DNA from: Bacteriovoracia bacterium
GTDB taxonomy: Bacteria; Bdellovibrionota; UBA1018; JBFWNL01
Assembly (NCBI GenBank): GCA_050251055.1
Contig: JBFWNL010000001.1
Span: 235,825 to 299,824 of the forward strand
Length of the DNA stretch: 64,000 nucleotides
Reading direction: 5' to 3'
Shown: piece by piece, positions 17,737 through 27,327 of the stretch
Numbering within the stretch: the stretch's first letter is position 1
Layout of the letters: every line of letters starts with the position of its first letter
The notes under the pieces: model-generated
Told to the model about the DNA's origin: nothing
Databases searched by the model: none
Seen by the model: the letters and a program-made list of their open reading frames with translations, nothing else
Program-made: the position numbers and the translations under genes

Positions 17737-17764
17737 CTTAAGACGACCTTAAGACGGGATTAAA
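17737..17764. promoter_or_regulatory. OmpR/PmrA-type direct-repeat box
   Basis: CTTAAG-N5-CTTAAG (17737-17753) plus a third ATTAAA half-site at 11-bp phase; GATACT -10-like hexamer just downstream on the minus strand. Confidence 0.6.
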
Positions 17765-17769
17765 AAAAA

Positions 17770-19203
17770 TTAATTTTTGGGAAGCTGCACCATAAAAGTG
17801 CTGCCTTGGTCCGGCACGCTCTCCACGGAGATCTTGCCGCCGTGGATCTCCGCAATTCGCTGCGCGATGGCTAAGCCCAGGCCCGTGCCGGAAGAGATCG
17901 ACTTGGTGGATTCGGCCCGGAAAAAACGGTCAAAGATGCGCGGGACGATATCCGCAGGGATGCCGTAGCCGCGATCTTTCACTTGCACGCCGACGGCCCC
18001 AGGTTCCGCGCTCAGTTTGACTTCGACTAGGCAGTCGCGAGGGGAGAACTTGATGGCGTTTTCGATCAGGTTTTGGAAAATGCAGGTCAGCAGATCGGCG
18101 TCGCCTTGGACTTCAAAGTCCCCGATCTCCGGAATATCCAGGCGGATGGTCACGCCACGCGACTCGGCGAACTTGCTCATGAGCGAAACGGCTTCCAGCA
18201 CGGCCTCGGAAACTTGCACGGGCGCCACGCTGAGCGAAGTCACGCCCGCGTCCACCCGGGCCAGGAGTAGCAGGTCCTGCACCATCCGCGAGAGGTGGTC
18301 GATCTCTTGCCGGGCGCTCTTCATGAACTCCTTCATTTCCTCGGGCGAGCGTTCGCGGCTGAGCAGGACTTCAAGTTCTCCTTTAAGGATGGAGAGCGGA
18401 GTCTTGATTTGATGGGAAGCATCCGCGATGAAGCGCTCCTGGCTCTCGAACGCCTTTTGATTGCGGTCGAGAAACTCGTTGAGGGTCAGCGCGAGCCGAC
18501 TGATCTCGTCGTGCACTTCCGGTACCGGCACTCGCTCGGAGAGTCGCCCTGCATCCAGCCCCTTGGCCTTGTTGATGATTGCCTTGACCGGGGCGAGCGC
18601 CCGGGCCGAGAGAAAGAAGCCACCCAAAGTCGCGATGATGAGCACGAGCGGGATGCCGACGGCGAAAAACGTGATGAGCGCGGCCTTTTCCCGCTTCAGG
18701 GACGTGAGGGGCACCGCGACCTGCAGGATCAGCTTGGGAAGTGGGGGCTTATCCACGAGATAGTTGAGCAGGCGATAGTTTTCGCTGAAGTTCGTCTTCA
18801 CGGGAGCGATTTCGGAGCCCTTGATGGTCTTGATCTGATTGCCGTGGCTTAAGATCAGCGAAAGGTCGCTCTCCTGGAAGGGGAGCGAGCTGCGCGCGAG
18901 CGTGTTGGAGCGCGCGACCACCGATCCTCGCAGATCCCGAATCTGCAGGAACGAACGGCCGACGGAGAACGGAAACAGCTTCGTGCTCTCCGAAAGGACT
19001 GCGGGCGGGATGGAGAGGTCGCCGAAGAAGTTGAAGTCGAGGCCTTGGACGATGTCGACGGTGTGGTTGTAGAGCTGGGCATCGAACTCGCGCTGCTGAT
19101 TTTCGGCGAAGTAGCGGTACAGCATGAGACTAAAGAGCGTGAGCGTGGTGCCGAAGATGCTGACAAAGAGCAAGGTGAGGCGGGTGCGGATGCCGGCTTT
19201 CAT
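17770..19203 (-). CDS. Sensor histidine kinase (CusS/QseC-like, HAMP-HisKA-HATPase)
   Basis: Two TM segments, FIADASHQIKTPL (H box), NLIENAIKF, DRGYGI, GTGLGL. Confidence 0.93.
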   Translation of the reverse strand: MKAGIRTRLTLLFVSIFGTTLTLFSLMLYRYFAENQQREFDAQLYNHTVDIVQGLDFNFFGDLSIPPAVLSESTKLFPFSVGRSFLQIRDLRGSVVARSNTLARSSLPFQESDLSLILSHGNQIKTIKGSEIAPVKTNFSENYRLLNYLVDKPPLPKLILQVAVPLTSLKREKAALITFFAVGIPLVLIIATLGGFFLSARALAPVKAIINKAKGLDAGRLSERVPVPEVHDEISRLALTLNEFLDRNQKAFESQERFIADASHQIKTPLSILKGELEVLLSRERSPEEMKEFMKSARQEIDHLSRMVQDLLLLARVDAGVTSLSVAPVQVSEAVLEAVSLMSKFAESRGVTIRLDIPEIGDFEVQGDADLLTCIFQNLIENAIKFSPRDCLVEVKLSAEPGAVGVQVKDRGYGIPADIVPRIFDRFFRAESTKSISSGTGLGLAIAQRIAEIHGGKISVESVPDQGSTFMVQLPKN

Positions 19204-19224
19204 CGGCGCAGTCCCCGGGGCGGG

Positions 19225-19911
19225 CTAGGCCCGCTCCGGATCTTCCTTCATGACGTAACCCACGCCGACGACGGTGTGGATGAGTTTATGTCCCTTGAAC
19301 GGAGCGTCCACCTTCTTGCGCAAGGAGTTGATGTACACGTCGATCACATTGCTTTCGGTGTCGAAGTGGACGTCCCAGACATGCTCGCTGATGCTCGTGC
19401 GGGTGAGGGGGCGGTTGGGGGAGCGTAAAAAGAGTTCCAGCAGCGCGAACTCCTTGGGCGTGAGTGAAATCGACTTCCCGGCCCGCGTCACCTCGCGGGT
19501 CACCAAATCCATCTCCAGATCCGCGAAGCGGAGACGCGGCTGGGAGTGCGGGGAGTTCCGCCGTAAGAGCGCCCGCACGCGCGCCAAGAGCTCGTCAAAC
19601 GCGAACGGCTTGGTGAGGTAGTCATCCGCGCCCGCATCCAGGCCGTGCACCTTGTCTTTCGTGCCCGCGAGCGCGGTGAGCATGAGAATGGGGCCCCCGT
19701 ACCCGTCGCGGCGAAGGTGGCGCGCGGTATCGAAGCCGTTTTGATCGGGCAACATCACGTCGAGGACGATCAGATCGTACTCAGAGCCCGCCACCAGGGA
19801 CTCGGCGGCTTGCCCGGATTCGGCGACATCCACGCTATAGCCCGCCTCCGCCAGGCCCTTTTTCAGGAAGCCCGACATCTTCTTCTGATCTTCCACCACC
19901 AAAATGCGCAT
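19225..19911 (-). CDS. OmpR-family response regulator (CusR/CzcR-like)
   Basis: MRILVVED, LDVMLP, GADDYLTKPF, SNVIDVYI, HTVVGVGY. Confidence 0.95.
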   Translation of the reverse strand: MRILVVEDQKKMSGFLKKGLAEAGYSVDVAESGQAAESLVAGSEYDLIVLDVMLPDQNGFDTARHLRRDGYGGPILMLTALAGTKDKVHGLDAGADDYLTKPFAFDELLARVRALLRRNSPHSQPRLRFADLEMDLVTREVTRAGKSISLTPKEFALLELFLRSPNRPLTRTSISEHVWDVHFDTESNVIDVYINSLRKKVDAPFKGHKLIHTVVGVGYVMKEDPERA

Positions 19912-19913
19912 AA

Positions 19914-20432
19914 TTACTTCGCGGGGGCTGGTTCCGGACGAGTGGTTTCGGTTTCAGCTTTTTGCGGGACGAGCAGTAACCCGATTCCGAGCATGATCGC
20001 CATGTCGGCGACGTTGAAGATCCCCGTGCGGAGCCCTCCGATGCCCATGTTCATGAAGTCCACGACGGCGCCGTTCTCGCGGAAGACGCGGTCGATCAGG
20101 TTGCTCAGGCCGCCCGCGATGGCGAACGTGAGTCCCGCCGTGCCGATCGCCGGCATGCGGCGAAAGAAAAGCGCGTACAGGCCAACAACGAGGACAATCG
20201 CCACGGCCACGACGAGGAGCCAAAAACGCATCGACTCGGAGAGGCCCGCGCCCAGGCTTAGGAAGGCGCCGCGATTCTCGGAATACTCGAATCGAAAGAA
20301 GTTGTTCCAATAAGTGCGGGGAAGCTGGCCGCGGATATGCTCCTGCGCCAAAACCTTGGTCCACTGATCCAAGGCGATGCAGAGAAGAAGGGTCGAGAGG
20401 ATCCAAACGCGTCGGGAGAGTGCCAATTTCAT
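19914..20432 (-). CDS. lspA: Lipoprotein signal peptidase II
   Basis: LDQWTK, NRGAFLS, GGLSNLIDR, VVDF, FNVAD. Confidence 0.93.
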   Translation of the reverse strand: MKLALSRRVWILSTLLLCIALDQWTKVLAQEHIRGQLPRTYWNNFFRFEYSENRGAFLSLGAGLSESMRFWLLVVAVAIVLVVGLYALFFRRMPAIGTAGLTFAIAGGLSNLIDRVFRENGAVVDFMNMGIGGLRTGIFNVADMAIMLGIGLLLVPQKAETETTRPEPAPAK

Positions 20433-20516
20433 GACGTGCCAAGCGTAACTCAAAGCGTGGGGATATTGAAGGGGGTTGTTTATCTGCCGACGCTTTTGGG
20501 CTACACTTTTAGGGAG

Positions 20517-20909
20517 ATGAGCGGACTAGTCAATCCGGAAGACTTCAAAACCATGGAGTTCAAGATCTCCGTGGATAACTCGGTGAACCGAGACCCCAGC
20601 CGTAAGCAGGCCGTCTTCGACGCCCAGCATGCGGCGGAGTTAGTCGAGGTGAACGAGCAACGCCTGGTGCTCGACGCTCCGGCGCGGATGTGCGCGCTTG
20701 GCCATAACGTCATGCTCGGCATCCGTACGGATAAGATTCAGTTCCTCAGCACCGCGAAAGTCGTGGCTATGGAAAGCCAAGGCGAACGCGATCGTCTGGG
20801 TATCTTGCTCATGCAGTACGATAAAGATACCTGGCTGCGGCTGCGCGCGCTTTTCGTGCGGCGGCAGGAAGAGATCGCCGGCTTCCTCAAGGATGCCAAG
20901 GGGATTTGA
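20517..20909 (+). CDS. Hypothetical protein, possibly a degenerate PilZ-like barrel
   Basis: SD agggag plus ATG at 20517; strand pattern (ELVEVNEQRLVL...AKVV...LGILL) and C-terminal helix; no RxxxR motif. Confidence 0.5.
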   Translation: MSGLVNPEDFKTMEFKISVDNSVNRDPSRKQAVFDAQHAAELVEVNEQRLVLDAPARMCALGHNVMLGIRTDKIQFLSTAKVVAMESQGERDRLGILLMQYDKDTWLRLRALFVRRQEEIAGFLKDAKGI

Positions 20910-20928
20910 TCTCCCAAAGGGGTTGTCT

Positions 20929-22278
20929 ATGGAAGGACCAGTGTTTACGCCCAAAGGGGTGAGTGTGGAACGGACGGAGACTTCGGTACCGGACGCGAGT
21001 GATCCCGCCGATCTGCGGATGCTCGCCGAATACCTCGCCAAACAAAAGATATTAGTGGCCGACCCGCTCAGCGTCTCCCGCGTGGGCATCGCCAAGGCGC
21101 TCGTCGGCATGGGCGCGCAGACAAAGCTCATTACCACGGTGGACTCGTTCGAGTGGGCCATGACCACGATCAAGAAGGATCGTCCGACGGTGGTCGTGTC
21201 CGATTACAATATGGGCACGCGCTGCGGGTTGGAGCTATTTGAAACCGAGGTCAGCGAGTTTGTTTCTCAGCCCGATCGCTTAACCGTCATCGTCACCAAG
21301 AACACCTCTCAGGCTGCGGTAGCCAAGGCGGCCGAAGGCGACGTGGACGTCTACGTAACGAAGCCTTACAGCCTCGATTCGTTTCAAAAACTCATGATCG
21401 AGGCCGTGAAGCACAAGGTGCACCCGACGCCCTATGTGAAGGCGATCACGGAAGGGCGCGCGTATCTCGCATCCTCCGACTTTGAACGAGCGGCTTCGGT
21501 CTTTGAGCGGGCGATCCAGTACGACGAGAAACCGGCGCTCGCCTGTTACTACCTAGGCCACGCGCACGAACTCAACCGCGCCTTGGAGCAGGCACAGGCC
21601 AGCTACAACCGCGGCCTGACTTACAACCGCATTCATTACAAGTGCCTATTGGGCTTGCACGATGCGCTCATGAAGCAGAACAAGTTTCCGGAAGCGTACA
21701 ACGTGCTCAAGCGAATCATTCGCGACTTCCCGATTAACCCGTCACGTTTCAATACGGCGCTAAAGCTCGCGGTGCGTACGGCGGACTTCGCCGATATGGA
21801 AGACTTCTACGATCTTTACGTGCAGATGGATGATAAGAGTGAAGAGCTCGTGAAGCACATTTGCGCGGCCCTCATCGTGGCGGGCAAGGTGAGCCTGCAG
21901 CAAGGCAAGACGGATCGCGCGTTCTCGCTTTTTCGGCGCGCGGGCGTGACGGCGGCGGGTAAAACGGCTTACCTTAAGCAAATTATCTCCATCCTGTGCG
22001 AGTACGGCCACGGGGATGAGGCGGACAAGTTCCTGAGCCGTTTCCCGAAGGATGTTCGCGAGACGGTGGAGTTCCTAGCGATCGATTATCTGGTCATTTC
22101 GAAAGTGAAGACGATCGGGCAGATCATCGAGCATGGGCGCAAACTCTTAAAGGGCGGGCATCATGACCCGCTCATCTATCGCATCCTGGCCGAGGCTTCG
22201 ACCCAGGCCGGGCACGGGGAGACGGCGGAAATGCTGCGGGCGGAGGCCCGGCGGCGGTGGCAGGACGCGTTCGTTTAG
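20929..22278 (+). CDS. Receiver-domain plus TPR protein
   Basis: ILVAD, VVSDYNM (phospho-Asp position), TKPY; followed by TPR-like helices (YYLGHAH..., A...Y). Confidence 0.8.
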   Translation: MEGPVFTPKGVSVERTETSVPDASDPADLRMLAEYLAKQKILVADPLSVSRVGIAKALVGMGAQTKLITTVDSFEWAMTTIKKDRPTVVVSDYNMGTRCGLELFETEVSEFVSQPDRLTVIVTKNTSQAAVAKAAEGDVDVYVTKPYSLDSFQKLMIEAVKHKVHPTPYVKAITEGRAYLASSDFERAASVFERAIQYDEKPALACYYLGHAHELNRALEQAQASYNRGLTYNRIHYKCLLGLHDALMKQNKFPEAYNVLKRIIRDFPINPSRFNTALKLAVRTADFADMEDFYDLYVQMDDKSEELVKHICAALIVAGKVSLQQGKTDRAFSLFRRAGVTAAGKTAYLKQIISILCEYGHGDEADKFLSRFPKDVRETVEFLAIDYLVISKVKTIGQIIEHGRKLLKGGHHDPLIYRILAEASTQAGHGETAEMLRAEARRRWQDAFV

Positions 22279-22333
22279 CCTAACTGGAAAAGAAGCTCCG
22301 CCGTGCAGGCGAGTCCGCAAAAAGACATGAAAG

Positions 22334-22410
22334 TGGTGGCTGAGGGCAGGATCGAACTGCCGACCTGCGGGTTATGAATCCGCCGCTCTAACCATCTGAG
22401 CTACCCAGCC
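22334..22410 (-). tRNA. tRNA with CAU anticodon (probably elongator Met; Ile2 not excluded)
   Basis: GGCTGGG-TAGCTCAGATGGTTAGAGC-GGCGGA-TTCATAA-CCCGC...TTCGATC...CTCAGCC-A-CCA. G1-C72 pair, so not fMet. Upstream TTGACC-N17-TACAAA promoter. Confidence 0.93.
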
Positions 22411-22506
22411 GGACCAAATTGAAAAACGAGTAAAAAGGTTTGTATTCCCAAAGGGGTAGGCGGTCAAGTGCGTTGTCATCCCGGCCCCTGCGCTATAGGG
22501 TAGGGA

Positions 22507-23463
22507 GTGATGGATGCTTATCCTAAACCCAAGGAAACCGGGGGGCGGTTAATCCGGCAGGTGATTTCGGGCCTACGGGTCGCCGAGGCCCCCCTCCCCA
22601 TAAGTTCGCATATCCTATGCGCGGTCTCCGGAGGCTTGGACTCCATCGCCCTCGCTCATTTACTCGCAAAATACGGCCGGCGAGTGGGGGGGCAGATCGC
22701 GATTTTGCACATCAACCACCATTGGCGAGGGGAGCAGTCCAACGCCGATGCCCGGTTCGTGGAAGCGTTCGCCCGCGACCGGGAGTTGGAGTTCCTGAGA
22801 TTCGACCTATCTCCGCCGCAAGCGCGACCCGGTCAATCACTCGAGGACTTGGCCCGCCAAGGCCGCAAGCAGATCTTCGAGCAAGTGGCGAGGGAGCGTC
22901 CGGGTGCGCTGGTCTTCACTGCCCATCACGCCGACGATGTGGCCGAGACGATGGTCTGGCGACTCTTCACCGGCGCTGCGGATACCCACGGGGGAGGGAT
23001 CTTGCGGCGACACGGACACGAAGTTCGACCTTTACTTGAGGTTCGCAAAGCGGCGCTCGAAGCGTTCCTTCGGGAGGAAGATGTCGAGTGGCGTGAAGAC
23101 ACGAGCAATCAGAACACTCGGTTTTTGAGGAACCAGGTCCGGCACGAGCTGATGCCCGTCATCGAACGGATCTTCCCGCGAGCAGTCGAGCGACTTGTAG
23201 AAGCCGCCCTGAAAGCCCAGGGGCCCCGCCTTGAAGCGAATCACTCCACTAAATCAGCTGATTCTCTAGATCCCTTAATTCAGGCCGTTTTCTCGGCCCA
23301 AACCAATGTCATTGGACAACGGCTGAAACGAGCCCATATTGAAAACATCGGCCGGATTCAAGAACGAGCCGACGAGAGTCACTCCGTAGAAATTACGTTA
23401 CCCGGTGGATGGACCCTCAACCGCACCAAAACAGCGGCAAAAATGACACGCCAAAAGCCGTAA
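22507..23463 (+). CDS. tilS: tRNA(Ile)-lysidine synthetase (short form)
   Basis: AVSGGLDS PP-loop, HINH, TAHHADDVAET, RPLL, DTSN, RNQVRH; upstream of ftsH. Confidence 0.92.
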   Translation: MMDAYPKPKETGGRLIRQVISGLRVAEAPLPISSHILCAVSGGLDSIALAHLLAKYGRRVGGQIAILHINHHWRGEQSNADARFVEAFARDRELEFLRFDLSPPQARPGQSLEDLARQGRKQIFEQVARERPGALVFTAHHADDVAETMVWRLFTGAADTHGGGILRRHGHEVRPLLEVRKAALEAFLREEDVEWREDTSNQNTRFLRNQVRHELMPVIERIFPRAVERLVEAALKAQGPRLEANHSTKSADSLDPLIQAVFSAQTNVIGQRLKRAHIENIGRIQERADESHSVEITLPGGWTLNRTKTAAKMTRQKP

Positions 23464-23550
23464 AAGGCGCTCGGCGGTTTCGGGGTTTTTGCCTGTTTTT
23501 TTGGATCTTTCGTGTGCTACTCTAAAAGTGGAGAGGAACCAGGTTTTTCG

Positions 23551-25488
23551 ATGAAACCATCCCATAAAACAGTCGCCCTTTGGCTCGTATTGATTCTGCT
23601 TTTCGCCGGTTTGTTCAAGGTCTTCGACCCCGGCAATCGCCATAGCCGCAAGGTGAAGTTCAGCCAATTCGTAGAGTACGTCAAAGAAGGCAAGGTCGAA
23701 GAGGTGACCTTCAAAGCCGACAACCTCATCGTCGGCACCTTCAAGGACGCCGGACCCGACGGGAAAAAGTTTTTTCAAACCGTGGGCGATACTTCCAACG
23801 CGAAGGTTTTTGAAATCCTGCAGCAGAACAACATCATCCCCAACTATGAGCAGGCGGAGAAGACCCCGATCTGGCAGCAAGTCCTGATCTCTTGGTTCCC
23901 GATGCTCTTGCTGTTTCTATTTTTCTTCTTATTCATGCGCCAGATCCAGATCGGCGGCGGCAAAGCCATGTCTTTCGGCAAGAGTAAAGCGCGATTACTC
24001 ACCGAGTCAAATAATCGGATCACGTTCAAAGACGTGGCTGGCGTGGAAGAAGCCAAAGAAGAGCTCCAAGAAATTATCGCGTTCCTCAAGGACCCCAAAA
24101 AGTTCACCCGTCTGGGCGGCCGCATCCCCAAGGGCGTGCTTTTGATGGGCCCTCCGGGCACGGGGAAGACCTTACTGGCGAAGGCCATCGCGGGCGAAGC
24201 CGGAGTCCCGTTCTTTTCAATTTCAGGCTCCGACTTCGTGGAAATGTTCGTCGGCGTGGGCGCATCGCGCGTTCGCGACCTCTTCGAACAAGGAAAGAAG
24301 CACGCACCCTGCATTATCTTCATCGACGAAATCGATGCCGTGGGCCGCCACCGCGGCGCGGGATTGGGCGGCGGTCACGACGAACGCGAGCAGACTTTGA
24401 ACCAGCTACTGGTCGAGATGGACGGCTTCGAATCGAACGAAGGCGTGATCCTCATCGCCGCGACCAACCGTCCCGACGTATTGGACCCGGCGCTGTTACG
24501 CCCCGGTCGCTTCGACCGCCGCGTGGTGGTTTCGGCGCCCGATGTGAAAGGACGCGAACAAATTCTGAAAGTCCACACCCGCAAGGTACCGCTCGTGGAA
24601 CACTTGGATCTTTCGACGATCGCCAAGGGCACGCCCGGTTTCTCCGGCGCGGACCTCGAAAACCTCGTGAATGAAGCGGCGCTTCTGGCCGCGCGCTCGG
24701 ACAAGAAGATGGTCGAACTCTCCGATTTGGAAAACGCCAAGGACAAGGTCCTGATGGGCGTTGAGCGCAAGAGCATGGTGCTTTCCGATAGCGAGCGCAA
24801 GACGACGGCCTATCACGAGGCCGGCCACACGCTCGTGGGCAAGTTCCTGCCGGGCACCGACCCGATTCACAAGGTCACAATCATCCCGCGCGGCCGCGCG
24901 CTGGGCCTCACCCAGACCCTGCCGACGGAAGATCGCCTCAGCATGGAGCGTGAGAAAGCCGAAAATCTTATCGCTTTCTTGATGGGCGGCCGGATCGCCG
25001 AGGAACTCATCTTCAATCAAAAGACCACGGGCGCCGGCAATGATATCGAGCGCGCGACCGATCTCGCCCGGCGCATGGTTTGTGAGTGGGGGATGAGCGA
25101 CGTTTTGGGGCCGCTCTCGTTCGGCAAGAAAGACGGCGAAGCCGTGTTCCTAGGCCGCGACATCGCCCAGAGCCGCGACTATTCGGAGCAAACCCAGCAG
25201 ACGATCGACCGGGAAATCCGCGACATCGTCGAACGCAACTATCGCCGCGCGAAGGAAATTCTTTCGGCGAAGCTCGATATCCTGCACGCCCTGGCGGGCG
25301 CGCTGCTCGAGCACGAGACCATCGATGGCGCCGAAGTCGAGCAGATCGTCCAAGGCCAGAAGATCGTCCGCACGAAGCCAACCGAAGGCTCGGCCGCTTC
25401 CACGACGCCGGACAAGGTTACCGATAAGAAAAAGGCAGTGAACCCCGGGACCGAAGGAGGCACCACGCCCGCGCCGGCGCCCGCTTGA
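23551..25488 (+). CDS. ftsH: ATP-dependent zinc metalloprotease FtsH
   Basis: Two TMs, [26 protein letters not shown]. Confidence 0.98.
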   Translation: MKPSHKTVALWLVLILLFAGLFKVFDPGNRHSRKVKFSQFVEYVKEGKVEEVTFKADNLIVGTFKDAGPDGKKFFQTVGDTSNAKVFEILQQNNIIPNYEQAEKTPIWQQVLISWFPMLLLFLFFFLFMRQIQIGGGKAMSFGKSKARLLTESNNRITFKDVAGVEEAKEELQEIIAFLKDPKKFTRLGGRIPKGVLLMGPPGTGKTLLAKAIAGEAGVPFFSISGSDFVEMFVGVGASRVRDLFEQGKKHAPCIIFIDEIDAVGRHRGAGLGGGHDEREQTLNQLLVEMDGFESNEGVILIAATNRPDVLDPALLRPGRFDRRVVVSAPDVKGREQILKVHTRKVPLVEHLDLSTIAKGTPGFSGADLENLVNEAALLAARSDKKMVELSDLENAKDKVLMGVERKSMVLSDSERKTTAYHEAGHTLVGKFLPGTDPIHKVTIIPRGRALGLTQTLPTEDRLSMEREKAENLIAFLMGGRIAEELIFNQKTTGAGNDIERATDLARRMVCEWGMSDVLGPLSFGKKDGEAVFLGRDIAQSRDYSEQTQQTIDREIRDIVERNYRRAKEILSAKLDILHALAGALLEHETIDGAEVEQIVQGQKIVRTKPTEGSAASTTPDKVTDKKKAVNPGTEGGTTPAPAPA

Positions 25489-25511
25489 ACGTTTGATCGG
25501 AGTCTTTTTCG

Positions 25512-26381
25512 TTGACCGAATGGTTCGCTAATTTCCATACCGGCCTACGTCTACTCGACTTGATGGACGTAGTGATCGTCGCGTTCATCGTCTATCGCGT
25601 CCTGCTTCTCATCAAAGGCACCCGCGCGATGCAGATGCTCACCGGCTTGGGCATTCTGGGCATCGCTTTTTTCGCCGCCCAGCGCTTCGCGCTCTTCACC
25701 AGCTATTGGATGCTGTCGTATTTCTTCGACTACCTCATCCTGATCGTGATCGTGCTGTTTCAAGACGATCTGCGCCGAGCCCTCACGAATGTCGGCAAGA
25801 ACCCTTTCTTTCCCGGCACGTCCGAAGAAGAGCAGGAGATGATCAGCGAGATCGCGCGCGCTTCCTCGCGCCTGGCCCGCGAAAAAATCGGAGCGCTCAT
25901 CGTGATCGAGCGGGAAACCGGCCTTAAAAACTTTATCGAGACGGGGTCCAACCTAGACTCGCGAGTGAAGGCTGAGCTGCTCTACTCCGTGTTCGTGCAT
26001 AACTCTCCAATCCACGACGGCGCGGTTATCATCACGGGCGGGCGCATCGCCGCCGCCGGCTGCTTCTTGCCGCTTTCGATGGATCCGAATATTGATAAAA
26101 AGTTCGGCACGCGCCACCGTGCCGCCTTGGGCCTCACGGAGGAGACCGACGCGATCGTGATTTTGATTTCCGAAGAGGCGGGACAATGCCACCTCGTGAA
26201 AAACGGCAAGATCACCTTGAACTTATCCGAGCGTGAGCTCCGCCAGAGCCTGAAAGCGCTGCTTGATGTTTCTAAGGCCCAGCTTGGCCTGTTCCGCCGT
26301 TTCCGCGCCTGGGTGGAGTCGCATCGGGTCGCCGGAGTGCGTGATGGCACGATCGCCGAAGTGGCCGAAGGTGACGAATGA
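25512..26381 (+). CDS. cdaA: Diadenylate cyclase CdaA/DacA
   Basis: Three N-terminal TMs; HDGA and GTRHRAA catalytic motifs. Confidence 0.95.
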   Translation: MTEWFANFHTGLRLLDLMDVVIVAFIVYRVLLLIKGTRAMQMLTGLGILGIAFFAAQRFALFTSYWMLSYFFDYLILIVIVLFQDDLRRALTNVGKNPFFPGTSEEEQEMISEIARASSRLAREKIGALIVIERETGLKNFIETGSNLDSRVKAELLYSVFVHNSPIHDGAVIITGGRIAAAGCFLPLSMDPNIDKKFGTRHRAALGLTEETDAIVILISEEAGQCHLVKNGKITLNLSERELRQSLKALLDVSKAQLGLFRRFRAWVESHRVAGVRDGTIAEVAEGDE

Positions 26382-27298
26382 TCTACTTGCGCGCGCTCCT
26401 CAGCCTCGTCACGCATAACTTCGGCACGAAAATGATCTCAATCCTCATCGCGTTCGTGCTTTGGTCGATCGTGATGGGGTCCCGGCCCGCCGTCCGCGAT
26501 AAAGAAGTCGCCTTGAAGGTCATCACTGCAGAAGACATGGTCGTAGTGAGCCGCGTGCCCCCGTCCGCGCATTTCCGGATCTCCGGCCCAAATACCCTTT
26601 TACGCTCGATCTTGAGCCGTAACGACGCGCCCATCGAGATCGACCTGCGGAATTCCAAACCCGGCATGATCTCCTATCATCTCGACACGGACAGCATCCA
26701 GCAGTACTCCGGCGTGAAAACTATTTCCGTAAACCCGTCCAGTATCGACTTCGTGCTGGAAGAAGTGACGTCGAAATCGGTTCCGGTGCGCCTGGAAACC
26801 CGCGGGACACCCGAGGAAGGCTTTCATCTCGTCGCCAGTACCTTTTTCCCGCCCGAGGTGATGATCCGCGGCGCGCGATCGCAGGTGGAAAAAATCGGGG
26901 AAGTGGCGACGATGCCGGTCGACATCTCGAAGATGAAGCAATCGGACAACCGCCCCTATAAACTCGACCTGCAAAGCTTCCCGCACGTCCAGTCCGTCGG
27001 AGAAATGCCGAAGCTGACCCTTACGCTCGAGGCGGTCTCCGCGAATTTCAAGATACGGAACGTGCCGGTGCGAGTCATCAGCCCGCTACAAAGCTCCGTA
27101 AATGAGAAATCGGTCACCGTCTTCGTCCGGGCCAGCCAGGAAGCCTTAAACACCCTGGACCAAACCAAGGTGTTCGCCGAGGTGGATTTAACGGGCAAAG
27201 CGAAGGGCGCCCATACGGCCCCGGTCACCGTCAAGCTTCCCACCAACATCTCCCTGGTCCGTACCCAGCCAGAGCGGGTCCAGGTTAAGCTCTTTTAA
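26378..27298 (+). CDS. cdaR: YbbR/CdaR-like regulator
   Basis: N-terminal TM (KMISILIAFVLW), YbbR-like repeats; located between cdaA and glmM. Confidence 0.88.
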   Translation: MIYLRALLSLVTHNFGTKMISILIAFVLWSIVMGSRPAVRDKEVALKVITAEDMVVVSRVPPSAHFRISGPNTLLRSILSRNDAPIEIDLRNSKPGMISYHLDTDSIQQYSGVKTISVNPSSIDFVLEEVTSKSVPVRLETRGTPEEGFHLVASTFFPPEVMIRGARSQVEKIGEVATMPVDISKMKQSDNRPYKLDLQSFPHVQSVGEMPKLTLTLEAVSANFKIRNVPVRVISPLQSSVNEKSVTVFVRASQEALNTLDQTKVFAEVDLTGKAKGAHTAPVTVKLPTNISLVRTQPERVQVKLF

Positions 27299-27327
27299 AT
27301 CAAGCGCTTCTTTGCTAGAAAGAGGCC

